Source: Desulfatiglandales bacterium
GTDB taxonomy: Bacteria; Desulfobacterota; DSM-4660; Desulfatiglandales; HGW-15
Assembly: GCA_041685835.1 (NCBI GenBank)
Contig: JAWLEX010000001.1
Span: 11,374 to 75,373 of the forward strand
Reading direction: 5' to 3'
DNA length: 64,000 nt
Shown: positions 17,638 through 25,125 of the stretch, piece by piece
Layout: every line of letters starts with the position of its first letter
Numbering within the stretch: the first letter of the stretch is position 1
Translations under genes and position numbers: made by a program
The notes under the pieces: generated by a model
The model's input: the letters and a program-made list of their open reading frames with translations, nothing else
What the model was told of the DNA's origin: nothing
Database searches by the model: none

Positions 17638-18744
17638 TTACATCCGCTCCAGGGCCTCGCCGGCAAGCCGACCGACGGTTACGGAATGGACGTTGCCATC
17701 GTAATAGATTTGGACCTGGTTCGCGTCATCAAGGAGCGCTTCCAGGTCTTCACTCATTTCGCGTGCGCCCAGGTGACCGAGAAGCCGGGCGGTCTGACCC
17801 CGTACCGCCGGGTCCGGGTCTTTCAGGAAAGGCTGGAAATGAAAGGAGTGTTTTCGAAGAAGGTCAGGCCGGTGGCCGGCAACCGTGGCAATGGCCTCGA
17901 TGGTTGCGGCACGCTTGCTCTCGTCGCCGAGAAAAGGGTAGAGGTGGGGCAGGTATCCTGCGTAGAACTCAGGTTTGTGGCGGATGATCTCCCCGATGGC
18001 CTCGAAAGCCCCCCAGCTCGAGGCCGCCGTGTCTGTAACGGCATATAAAAGTCCCTGAAGAAGCTTGGACACTGAGGCCGGGCTGGTTTCACCGACTACC
18101 TCACTCACTCGTCCCATGGCCTCTGCGGCCCGGCGTCGAAGCGTGTCGTCGCCCGAATAAAGCAGCCGCTGAATCCTGCGGAGGAGCTTGCGGTCGGTGG
18201 AAGCAGCGTCCACAAGCGGTTTTATGTTCCATTCCTGAACGCAGGTTTCAACATCGCGTTTTGTCAGGGAGTGTGTCTTGGCAGCGCGGGCTCCGGGAGG
18301 GTCGGGAGCCGAAGGTGTGACTGCGGCCCTCTCGAGACGCTTCCGGACCCCTTCGGCGGTGACCTCCAGGACATCGTCGTGGAGTCTTACGAATACCAGC
18401 ACCCCGGCGATACGCCGGCTCTCGAAGTACCCGCCTGGCACGATGAGATGGTTCTGGAAGTCATAGGTTTCCACGATCTCCAGGCGGTAGTCTTCATCGG
18501 GAAGGAGGCTCCAGGCCAGGTCCCAGTCCATATCGCAGCCGAAGACGAGGGCCTCGATCTGGGCCGAGCCCACGTTCCGGCCGCTTTCGTCACAGGAATA
18601 AACCGCACCGCAGGCGCAGGAGCCCACGGGCATTTCGCCCTGCCTTCGTGTGGTCAGATCCCGGGGCTTGTCCACGATCATCCCGCAGAAGGGGCAGGTC
18701 GGGCGCTTGATGGAATCCCGGCCGTAAAAAACGCGGTCCAGCAT
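17638..18744 (-). CDS. Zinc-ribbon plus HEAT-repeat protein (368 aa)
   Basis: N-terminal CPFCG...(21 aa)...CACG four-Cys motif. C-terminal HEAT/PBS-lyase-like repeats, for example DPDPAVRGQTARLLGHLG and DDTLRRRAAEAMGRV. Confidence 0.6.
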   Translation of the reverse strand: MLDRVFYGRDSIKRPTCPFCGMIVDKPRDLTTRRQGEMPVGSCACGAVYSCDESGRNVGSAQIEALVFGCDMDWDLAWSLLPDEDYRLEIVETYDFQNHLIVPGGYFESRRIAGVLVFVRLHDDVLEVTAEGVRKRLERAAVTPSAPDPPGARAAKTHSLTKRDVETCVQEWNIKPLVDAASTDRKLLRRIQRLLYSGDDTLRRRAAEAMGRVSEVVGETSPASVSKLLQGLLYAVTDTAASSWGAFEAIGEIIRHKPEFYAGYLPHLYPFLGDESKRAATIEAIATVAGHRPDLLRKHSFHFQPFLKDPDPAVRGQTARLLGHLGAREMSEDLEALLDDANQVQIYYDGNVHSVTVGRLAGEALERM

Positions 18745-18758
18745 AGATCTCCTCCCTT

Positions 18759-19016
18759 TCAGAGATCCAGGTCGAGCCCGTCACCGTCCTGGTCGTACTC
18801 GTAGTCGATGATTTCGAAATCATTCCCAATGGATCTGAAGCGGAGAATCCAGCCGGCATACGCCGGGCCGGCGAACTCGCAGCTCAGTGTACCGGTGCGT
18901 GCATGGCGCCGCCTCAGCTTCGGTGTGATCTTTTCATCGAAGACATCACGGATGACGGCCAGGTCGTCTTCATCGAGCTCGAGTTTCCGGGTGGGTGTAT
19001 CGTCGGTTGTGCTCAT
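18759..19016 (-). CDS. Hypothetical small acidic protein (85 aa)
   Basis: Host-like codon usage. It lies 14 nt upstream of the next gene and has acidic termini (DEDDLAVI..., ...YEYDQDGDGLDLDL). Confidence 0.5.
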   Translation of the reverse strand: MSTTDDTPTRKLELDEDDLAVIRDVFDEKITPKLRRRHARTGTLSCEFAGPAYAGWILRFRSIGNDFEIIDYEYDQDGDGLDLDL

Positions 19017-19124
19017 GGGATAATCGGATTCAGATTGTAGGATTACAGGGTAATCCCACCGCCCGAACGGAAAAACGCAACCAACCGTAGGCGGATGCGT
19101 TTGACGAGGGTGTGTAGCGCAAAT

Positions 19125-19370
19125 TCAGCGGCTGTGTCCGGGAAGCTCGAGCGTGGTGCATGAGTTGCCGGGTCCGCACGACTTGGTGTCCAGTCTGGCC
19201 TGCTTTTCCCCGGACGCGATTCCTACTGTGTGGTTAGTGACGCTCACCACCCTTTCAACGGTAGTGGCTTTGCAGTCCGGGCAGGCGAGTTCCACCTGGT
19301 CATCAGAAGTCTTGAAGATCATTTCAAAGACCCGGCCGCACCCGGCGCAACGGAATTCGTAAATAGGCAT
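19125..19370 (-). CDS. FmdB-family zinc-ribbon protein
   Basis: MPIYEFRCAGCG...CPDCK, the classic FmdB/CxxC-CxxC N-terminus. GGAGG ribosome-binding site precedes ATG 19370. Confidence 0.75.
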   Translation of the reverse strand: MPIYEFRCAGCGRVFEMIFKTSDDQVELACPDCKATTVERVVSVTNHTVGIASGEKQARLDTKSCGPGNSCTTLELPGHSR

Positions 19371-19602
19371 GCGTTTCCTCCCTATAAGGGGCCCGTTCGC
19401 TTGTGATATTCTTCCCATGCACTATAATGCCAAAGGGGGATGAAGTCAAACGGCAAAAACACCGTGACTCGTGTCTCGTGGTTCGTGCTGCGTGACCATA
19501 GCCGACACCTTGATATATTGAGCAGGCAGGGTTCACTACTTTAGTGCCTTACCCCTGAAAAGCTGTCAGAAAAAACAAGAAGTGTTGATGTTGAGATAAT
19601 CC

Positions 19603-19644
19603 AAATCGAAATCGGGATCGGGATCGGGATCGGGATCGCAATCG
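19603..19644 (+). repeat. Hexamer array (NNATCG) x7
   Basis: AAATCG AAATCG GGATCG GGATCG GGATCG GGATCG CAATCG. Confidence 0.9.
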
Positions 19645-19733
19645 ACAGAGAATAAAATTATACTTGGACACGAAAAGCTTGCTCTCTTCCGCTGTGTTAA
19701 GGAAGGCTCCGGGGGCCATGGATTGGAAGAAAT

Positions 19734-19802
19734 CGATTTCGATCCCGATAGCGATTTCGATCCCGAAGAAACCAAACTGGACGCTCATTCTTCGCGCCAG
19801 TG
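19734..19802 (+). repeat. Inverted hexamer array (CGATNN) x6 plus a 24-nt box GGACGCTCATTCTTCGCGCCAGTG
   Basis: CGATTT CGATCC CGATAG CGATTT CGATCC CGAAGA (19734-19769) is the reverse-complement type of the 19603-19644 array. The box at 19779-19802 matches 7908-7931 at 21/24 positions. Confidence 0.85.
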
Positions 19803-19959
19803 CTCCTTGACTTTGGGTCGCGGGCAAGGGCCCGCTTTAGGTTTATTCGTGGTTTCTGTTTTTTCTAATTCTTTGTGGTTTTCATGTCCTTCGTGATGAT
19901 AAAATGAGAATAAATGGGTCACGAGGACAAATCAGCCTTGGAGAGGCACCGAAGGCCCC

Positions 19960-20811
19960 ATGATCCTCTCCTTCCATCCGTGCATAACGGCTGACCGCCA
20001 GGTCATCCTGGGGTCTCGATCCCCCGGTCTGCACGAAGCGAAGCTGGCGGCACGCGCAGACGCCGTCTTGCTGCCCCAGACCTGCCGGGAATCCCTGTAC
20101 AGGCTTTGCAGGGATGGCGGTGCCAAGATTTTTCCATCGTATGATCTGCGATTTGCCTATCCCGGGAAAAGCGGTCAGGCCCAGCTGTTTTCGGAGCGGG
20201 GACTTCCACATCCGGACACCAGGATCTGGTCTTCGGTCGCAGTGCTTCGGGATGCTGTCCGTGTTTCAGAAGATCTTCCTCTTAAGCCGCCTTTTCTAGT
20301 AAAGACCGATACGGACCATGAAGGACTCGGCATTTATGTGATTCGCAGCCTCCACGACCTGGAGTCCGCGCTGGCCGATCTGGGGAGGCGCAGGGGCGAG
20401 TACGGCGAAAAGATTCTCACGCAGGAGCTGGTTCCCGTCGAGGGAAACGTTCTCCGCGCGGTCATCCTGGCTCGCAGGGTGCTTACATACTGGAAGCGGT
20501 CCCGGGGTGCCTTCATCACTACTATCGGGAAGGGAGCGATGGTCGATATCTCATGGAGGAAGGATCTTCAGGAAAAAGGGAGACGCCTGGCCGGTGAAAT
20601 ATGCAAGGCCCTCGGCATCAATCTGGCAGCCGTAGACATGGTGTTCAACATGCAGGAACCGGAACCCGAGCCCTTGGTCCTGGAGATCAACTACATGTTC
20701 GGTCGGCGGGGGCTGGGCGGGAGTGAGGTGTATTACCGGCTCTTGTTCGAGGCGGTCAAGGAGTGGCTCGAGGAAAACGGGCTGGATTCGAAGGGCATCG
20801 GACTTGTGTAA
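19960..20811 (+). CDS. ATP-grasp domain protein (RimK/glutathione-synthetase-like fold)
   Basis: Motifs FLVKTDTDHEGLGIYV, ILTQELV and AAVDMVF...PLVLEINYMFG resemble the ATP-grasp Lys-, Glu- and Mg-binding regions. Confidence 0.65.
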   Translation: MILSFHPCITADRQVILGSRSPGLHEAKLAARADAVLLPQTCRESLYRLCRDGGAKIFPSYDLRFAYPGKSGQAQLFSERGLPHPDTRIWSSVAVLRDAVRVSEDLPLKPPFLVKTDTDHEGLGIYVIRSLHDLESALADLGRRRGEYGEKILTQELVPVEGNVLRAVILARRVLTYWKRSRGAFITTIGKGAMVDISWRKDLQEKGRRLAGEICKALGINLAAVDMVFNMQEPEPEPLVLEINYMFGRRGLGGSEVYYRLLFEAVKEWLEENGLDSKGIGLV

Positions 20812-20860
20812 GAGCGTTCATTGTGGTGGTGGTTTCCGCTTCGGCTGCCTGCGGCAGGGC

Positions 20861-21256
20861 TCATTTTGAAAATGACACATACGCCTTTCTCGTGCGGGGA
20901 CCGTCGAAGTCGCAGAAAAAGATCTTTTGCCAGGTACCCAGGACAGGCAGGCCGCTTTCCACTATCACCGAGACGGAACTCCCCATGAGGGAAGCCTTCA
21001 CGTGGCTGTCCGCATTGCCTTCCATGTGCCGGTAGTCCCCGTTGGGTGGGACCAGATCCTCGAGCTTGCTCAGAATGTCCCGGCAGACCGCGGGGTCGGC
21101 CCCTTCATTGATGGTAACGCCCGCGGTGGTGTGGGGCACATATACCGTGCAGATGCCTTCCCGGATTCCGGCGTTGGAGATCTCCTTTTTCACGTCGCTC
21201 GTGATGTCCACCATCTGGTTCCGGCTACGCGTTTTGACCTGTATGACGGCCGGCAT
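20861..21256 (-). CDS. yjbQ: YjbQ/UPF0047 family protein (secondary thiamine-phosphate synthase)
   Basis: Motifs VYVPHTTAGVTINE and GNADSHVKASLMG, 131 aa. Confidence 0.85.
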   Translation of the reverse strand: MPAVIQVKTRSRNQMVDITSDVKKEISNAGIREGICTVYVPHTTAGVTINEGADPAVCRDILSKLEDLVPPNGDYRHMEGNADSHVKASLMGSSVSVIVESGLPVLGTWQKIFFCDFDGPRTRKAYVSFSK

Positions 21257-21409
21257 GACACACCTCCTCGCTTTACAGGGCGAGCCCGAAGGCGCCCCTG
21301 ATTCGACAGGATGAAAAGGTTTATGGGATGATAAGGCGGCCCTTCGCGTGCCTTTTGAACGTGCTTTTCGTCGAAGGCACCGCGGACTGCCGTCAGGATA
21401 GGGAAGAGG

Positions 21410-21958
21410 TCAGGCCGCCTCTTTACTTTCAATGGTGACGAGGTCCTCGAAGCCCTCTTCTTCCAGGTAGACATTGATTGTCTCATGGTGGGAAGTCGTC
21501 CAGACGCCCCCAACGTAGTTAGCCATGATAGGAAGTTCCCGGTCTCCGTCCCCTCGGTCCGCGAGTATTGCCAGTTCGATCTTTTTGGGGCGCCCGTAAT
21601 CGATAAGCGCGTCCATAGCCGCTCGGACGGTTCGTCCGGTGAATAGAACGTCGTCCACCAGGATTACGGTCTTGTCTTCTATGGGGCAAGGGAGTTCTGT
21701 CTTGCCCACGATGGGCTTGGGGCCGATTCGTGTCCAGTCGTCACGGTAGAGGGTAATGTCCAGGACACCCGCCTGGGGTTTGGAGCCTTTGATGCGCTCA
21801 ATGGCCTCCTGGATCCGGGTGGCGAGAAAAGCCCCGCCCGTTCGAATGCCGACCAGGACCACATCCTGTGTCGAGGGGTTTCTTTTGAGGATGTCCTCGG
21901 CGATCCGCCGAATTCGTTCGGCGATCTCTTCCCGCTTGAGAATGACCTGTTTCTTCAT
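21410..21958 (-). CDS. pyrR: PyrR bifunctional pyrimidine regulator / uracil phosphoribosyltransferase
   Basis: Motifs VLVGIRTGGAFLA and the phosphoribosyltransferase motif VILVDDVLFTGRTVRAA, then ADRG..RELPI.ANYVG. Confidence 0.9.
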   Translation of the reverse strand: MKKQVILKREEIAERIRRIAEDILKRNPSTQDVVLVGIRTGGAFLATRIQEAIERIKGSKPQAGVLDITLYRDDWTRIGPKPIVGKTELPCPIEDKTVILVDDVLFTGRTVRAAMDALIDYGRPKKIELAILADRGDGDRELPIMANYVGGVWTTSHHETINVYLEEEGFEDLVTIESKEAA

Positions 21959-21999
21959 GATGGAAATTCCATTGCAATTCCGGCACGTAAAAAGATAAA

Positions 22000-22028
22000 A
22001 TTATAGTATGAAATAAATTGAAAAACAA
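22000..22028 (-). promoter_or_regulatory. Candidate pyrR promoter
   Basis: The minus strand reads TTGTTT (22028-22023), a 17-nt spacer, then a perfect TATAAT (22005-22000). Confidence 0.3.
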
Positions 22029-22075
22029 GGAGAAAAGGTTCGCGAGCAAGGGCTTTCGAGGTCATCAACTCATCC

Positions 22076-22783
22076 ATGAGAGACAAGCTGGACAACCTGA
22101 CGGGTAAGCTTGGGTACTCGTTTCGGAATCGGGAACTTATCGAGGAGGCTTTTCGTCACTCCTCGTATGTGAATGAGGCAGGCGTCCCGACCCTCCGGGA
22201 CAACGAGCGGCTGGAGTTCCTTGGGGATGCCGTCCTCGACCTGTCCATCAGCCATCTGCTGATGGATCGGTTCAAAGAGGCTCGGGAAGGCGAGTTGTCA
22301 AAGCTACGTGCCATGATGGTCGACGAGAGAAGCCTGTCCCGAATCGCTCTAAAACTGAATCTCGGCGAATTCCTTCTCCTGGGATGTGGTGAGGAGAGGA
22401 CGAACGGCCGCCAAAAGCCTTCCATACTGGCCAATGCCGTAGAGGCGTTGATAGGCGCGGTGTATCTCGACGGGGGATTCGCGAGAACCGATGAGATCGT
22501 AAGGCGGCTTTTCGCCGGTACGGCCCGGGAGGTAGAGCTGGAAGCATCTTCCCGCGACCACAAGAGCCTGATGCAGGAGTACACGCAGCGCCGGTACGAG
22601 ACACGGCCCGAATACGTGCTGTTAGGCGAGAGCGGCCCACCCCACGACCGCGTCTTTCGAATGGCCCTCCGCCTGCACGGCCGCGTGCTGGCCGAAGGGT
22701 CGGGCAGGAGTAAGAAGGCGGCCGAACAGGAGGTGGCCCGGAAGGCGTATCAATGTCTCACCAAAGACATGCCGGAACCCTGA
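22076..22783 (+). CDS. rnc: Ribonuclease III
   Basis: RNase III signature ERLEFLGDAVLDL and a C-terminal dsRNA-binding domain (...GSGRSKKAAEQEVA). Confidence 0.9.
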   Translation: MRDKLDNLTGKLGYSFRNRELIEEAFRHSSYVNEAGVPTLRDNERLEFLGDAVLDLSISHLLMDRFKEAREGELSKLRAMMVDERSLSRIALKLNLGEFLLLGCGEERTNGRQKPSILANAVEALIGAVYLDGGFARTDEIVRRLFAGTAREVELEASSRDHKSLMQEYTQRRYETRPEYVLLGESGPPHDRVFRMALRLHGRVLAEGSGRSKKAAEQEVARKAYQCLTKDMPEP

Positions 22784-23784
22784 TTGTCCCGATATTCATT
22801 CCCAACCAGGGATGTCCCCACCGTTGCGTCTACTGCCGGCAGGAAGACATCACCGGGATGGGGAGGCGTGTTCCGGGGCCGTCAGAAGTCAGGGAAACCC
22901 TTGGCATGGCGGTCCGGTCACCAAGGTTCGCCTCGTCCCTTGATCGAGAAATAGCCTTTTATGGGGGCACGTTCACGGGCCTTTCCCTGGATTCCATGGA
23001 GGTCCTGCTGGGGGCCGCCTTTCCCTGGGTGGGTGACGGGTCCTTCCGGTGCGTGCGCGTCTCCACCCGCCCCGACGCCCTGGACGAGGAGCGCCTGTCC
23101 CTGATGCGGCGGCATGGTGTGGCCACGGTGGAACTCGGGGTGCAGTCCCTTCACGACGACGTGCTTCTAAAGACCCGGAGGGGTTACCTGTCCGGGGACG
23201 TGGAAAAGGCCGTGGCCATGCTGCGGCAATTCGGTTTCAGGGTGGGAGTTCAGCTCATGCCGGGGCTTCCGGGAGACAGTCATGCCCGGTTTATTGAAAC
23301 CGTGAAAAGGGCCGTCGGACTGGGGCCTGATCTGGTTCGACTCTACCCCACGGTTGTCCTGAGGGACACGGTCCTTGCAGGCTGGTACCGTCGGGGGAGT
23401 TACAGGCCCCTCTCCCTTGACGATGCGGTGGACCTGTGCACCGAGGCGTGCATTCGATTTGAGTCAAGAGGGATTCCGGTTATTCGAATCGGGCTTCTTG
23501 CTCCTGACGATCTGGTGGCTGACGGGGGCGTCCTGGCCGGCCCGTGGCACCCCGCCTTCGGTTTCCTGGTCCGATCCGCCGTCTACCATCGGGAGCTTTG
23601 GCGGCTTATTCCCGAGGGCGCCAAGGCAGTCCGGATCCGTGTGCATTCCCGGGATGTGTCCCTGGTGCGGGGATACCGAAACCAGGGCCTTGTGGCGTTG
23701 GCTGAAAATGCCGGAATCGCAATGCCGGAAATAGTGGCGGATGATACCCTTTGCCCGCGAAGCCCGGTGGTGGAGACGGCGTGA
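22753..23784 (+). CDS. Radical SAM protein (ELP3/MiaB-like core)
   Basis: The motif GCPHRCVYCRQ (CxxxCxxC) lies near the N-terminus. It overlaps the rnc end by 31 nt. Confidence 0.75.
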   Translation: MSHQRHAGTLIVPIFIPNQGCPHRCVYCRQEDITGMGRRVPGPSEVRETLGMAVRSPRFASSLDREIAFYGGTFTGLSLDSMEVLLGAAFPWVGDGSFRCVRVSTRPDALDEERLSLMRRHGVATVELGVQSLHDDVLLKTRRGYLSGDVEKAVAMLRQFGFRVGVQLMPGLPGDSHARFIETVKRAVGLGPDLVRLYPTVVLRDTVLAGWYRRGSYRPLSLDDAVDLCTEACIRFESRGIPVIRIGLLAPDDLVADGGVLAGPWHPAFGFLVRSAVYHRELWRLIPEGAKAVRIRVHSRDVSLVRGYRNQGLVALAENAGIAMPEIVADDTLCPRSPVVETA

Positions 23785-23934
23785 GAGAAGAAAGAGGCTG
23801 TTGAGCCGGCGAGCTTTAGCGCCTCCAGGTGTTAAGGGATAAAGAAACTGAAAACCCACCAGTTGCGGATATAGAGCGCGGCCCTTTCTCACGAACACGA
23901 ATCACGGCCCTTCGGGCCTTTGAAAGGTTTTTCA

Positions 23935-24849
23935 ATGGAAATCGACCATTCGTCGGGGGAGGGCGGGGTATTCCGTTCCGGGTTCATCGCCCTGGTGGGT
24001 CCGCCCAACGCAGGGAAGTCCACACTCATGAACCGTATACTCGGCCGTAAAGTGGCGATCGTCTCTCCTAAGCCACAGACCACCCGTAACCGGATTGCCG
24101 GGATCTGCCACGGCGAGGATTTCCAGATAGTTTTCATGGACACACCCGGCATGCATCGGGCCCGAACCGCGCTTCATCGGAGCATGGTGGCCTCAGCGCG
24201 GGAGGCCTTCCATGAGGTGGACCTGGTGGCCGTATTGATCGAGAGAGCGAAGCCCGACGACCCCGACATCGACTTGCTCCTTTCGCAGTTGAGGCAGACC
24301 CGGAAACCGGCCGTCCTGGTCATCAACAAGATCGACACCGGCCCCAGGGAGACCCTGCTTCCCATAATGGATAACTACTCCGGTCGCTATCCGTTCGGTG
24401 CCATAGTGCCGATATCAGCCCTTACCGGGGAAGGCGTAGAAGATCTCCTCGAGGAGTTAAAGTCCCGCCTAACGCCGGGCCCCCCGTTTTTCCCGGACGA
24501 CATGGACACTGACCGGTCCGAAGCGTTCATGGCGGCCGAGATCATTCGGGAGAAAATTTACCTTACAGTACAACAAGAAATCCCCTACTCAGCGGCGGTC
24601 ACGGTGGACGTCCTTGAGGAACGGCCCCAAAAGGGGATCTTGTACATTGCAGGCCGGATTCATGTGGAGACCCCGGGCCAGAAGAAAATCCTGGTGGGCC
24701 GGGGCGGAAGCGTGATCAAGACGTTGGGCGAAAAGGCGCGGAAGGAGCTGGAAGCCCGGTTGGCGACCCGCGTTTACCTGGACCTCACGGTCCGTGTGGA
24801 GAAGAAGTGGAGCCGGGACACGCGGTCACTGCGGCGCCTCGGATACTAA
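23935..24849 (+). CDS. era: GTPase Era
   Basis: G1 GPPNAGKST, G3 DTPG, G4 NKID and a C-terminal KH domain. ATG 23935 was chosen; the ORF track starts at TTG 23920. Confidence 0.9.
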   Translation: MEIDHSSGEGGVFRSGFIALVGPPNAGKSTLMNRILGRKVAIVSPKPQTTRNRIAGICHGEDFQIVFMDTPGMHRARTALHRSMVASAREAFHEVDLVAVLIERAKPDDPDIDLLLSQLRQTRKPAVLVINKIDTGPRETLLPIMDNYSGRYPFGAIVPISALTGEGVEDLLEELKSRLTPGPPFFPDDMDTDRSEAFMAAEIIREKIYLTVQQEIPYSAAVTVDVLEERPQKGILYIAGRIHVETPGQKKILVGRGGSVIKTLGEKARKELEARLATRVYLDLTVRVEKKWSRDTRSLRRLGY

Positions 24850-24852
24850 AAA

Positions 24853-24888
24853 AAACCAACCCCGGGAGATGGGTTGGTTTTCTTTTTT
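24853..24888 (+). terminator. Rho-independent terminator after era
   Basis: AAACCAACCC-CGGGAGAT-GGGTTGGTTT followed by TCTTTTTT. Confidence 0.75.
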
Positions 24889-25125
24889 AAGAGGAAAGAG
24901 TTCGTTTTCTGATTTCGACTTCCTGTAATGCAACAGCCTTGCCAAAAAAAGCCTTCTTTGCTAACCGATTGATATTTAAGCCATATTTTTCTTAATGCCT
25001 CGACCTCTTTTCTTGCGGTGCCCGGAATCTGTTACGATATTGTAACCGTTGGAGGAGGAGGCCAAGGCATTTTTCCCCAACATGCTGATTTAGATAGCTA
25101 AAATGCTGTTACAATTTTTGGGCTT

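Noticed and set aside
19549-19827. Minus-strand ORFs over the repeat regions (19549-19827 and 7771-8073) that share the peptide ARRMSV...GFF, which could suggest a conserved small protein.
   Set aside because: The shared peptide is just the translation of the 24-nt repeat box. The rest of each ORF translates hexamer arrays (EIAIGIEIDFF, SRSRSRSR). No ribosome-binding site is present, and conservation is at the DNA-repeat level.
24889-25125. The 240-bp AT-rich spacer after era, inspected for an sRNA or mobile-element remnant.
   Set aside because: I could identify no promoter-terminator pair, no repeat-family member and no conserved-looking structure. It is treated as an ordinary convergent intergenic spacer.
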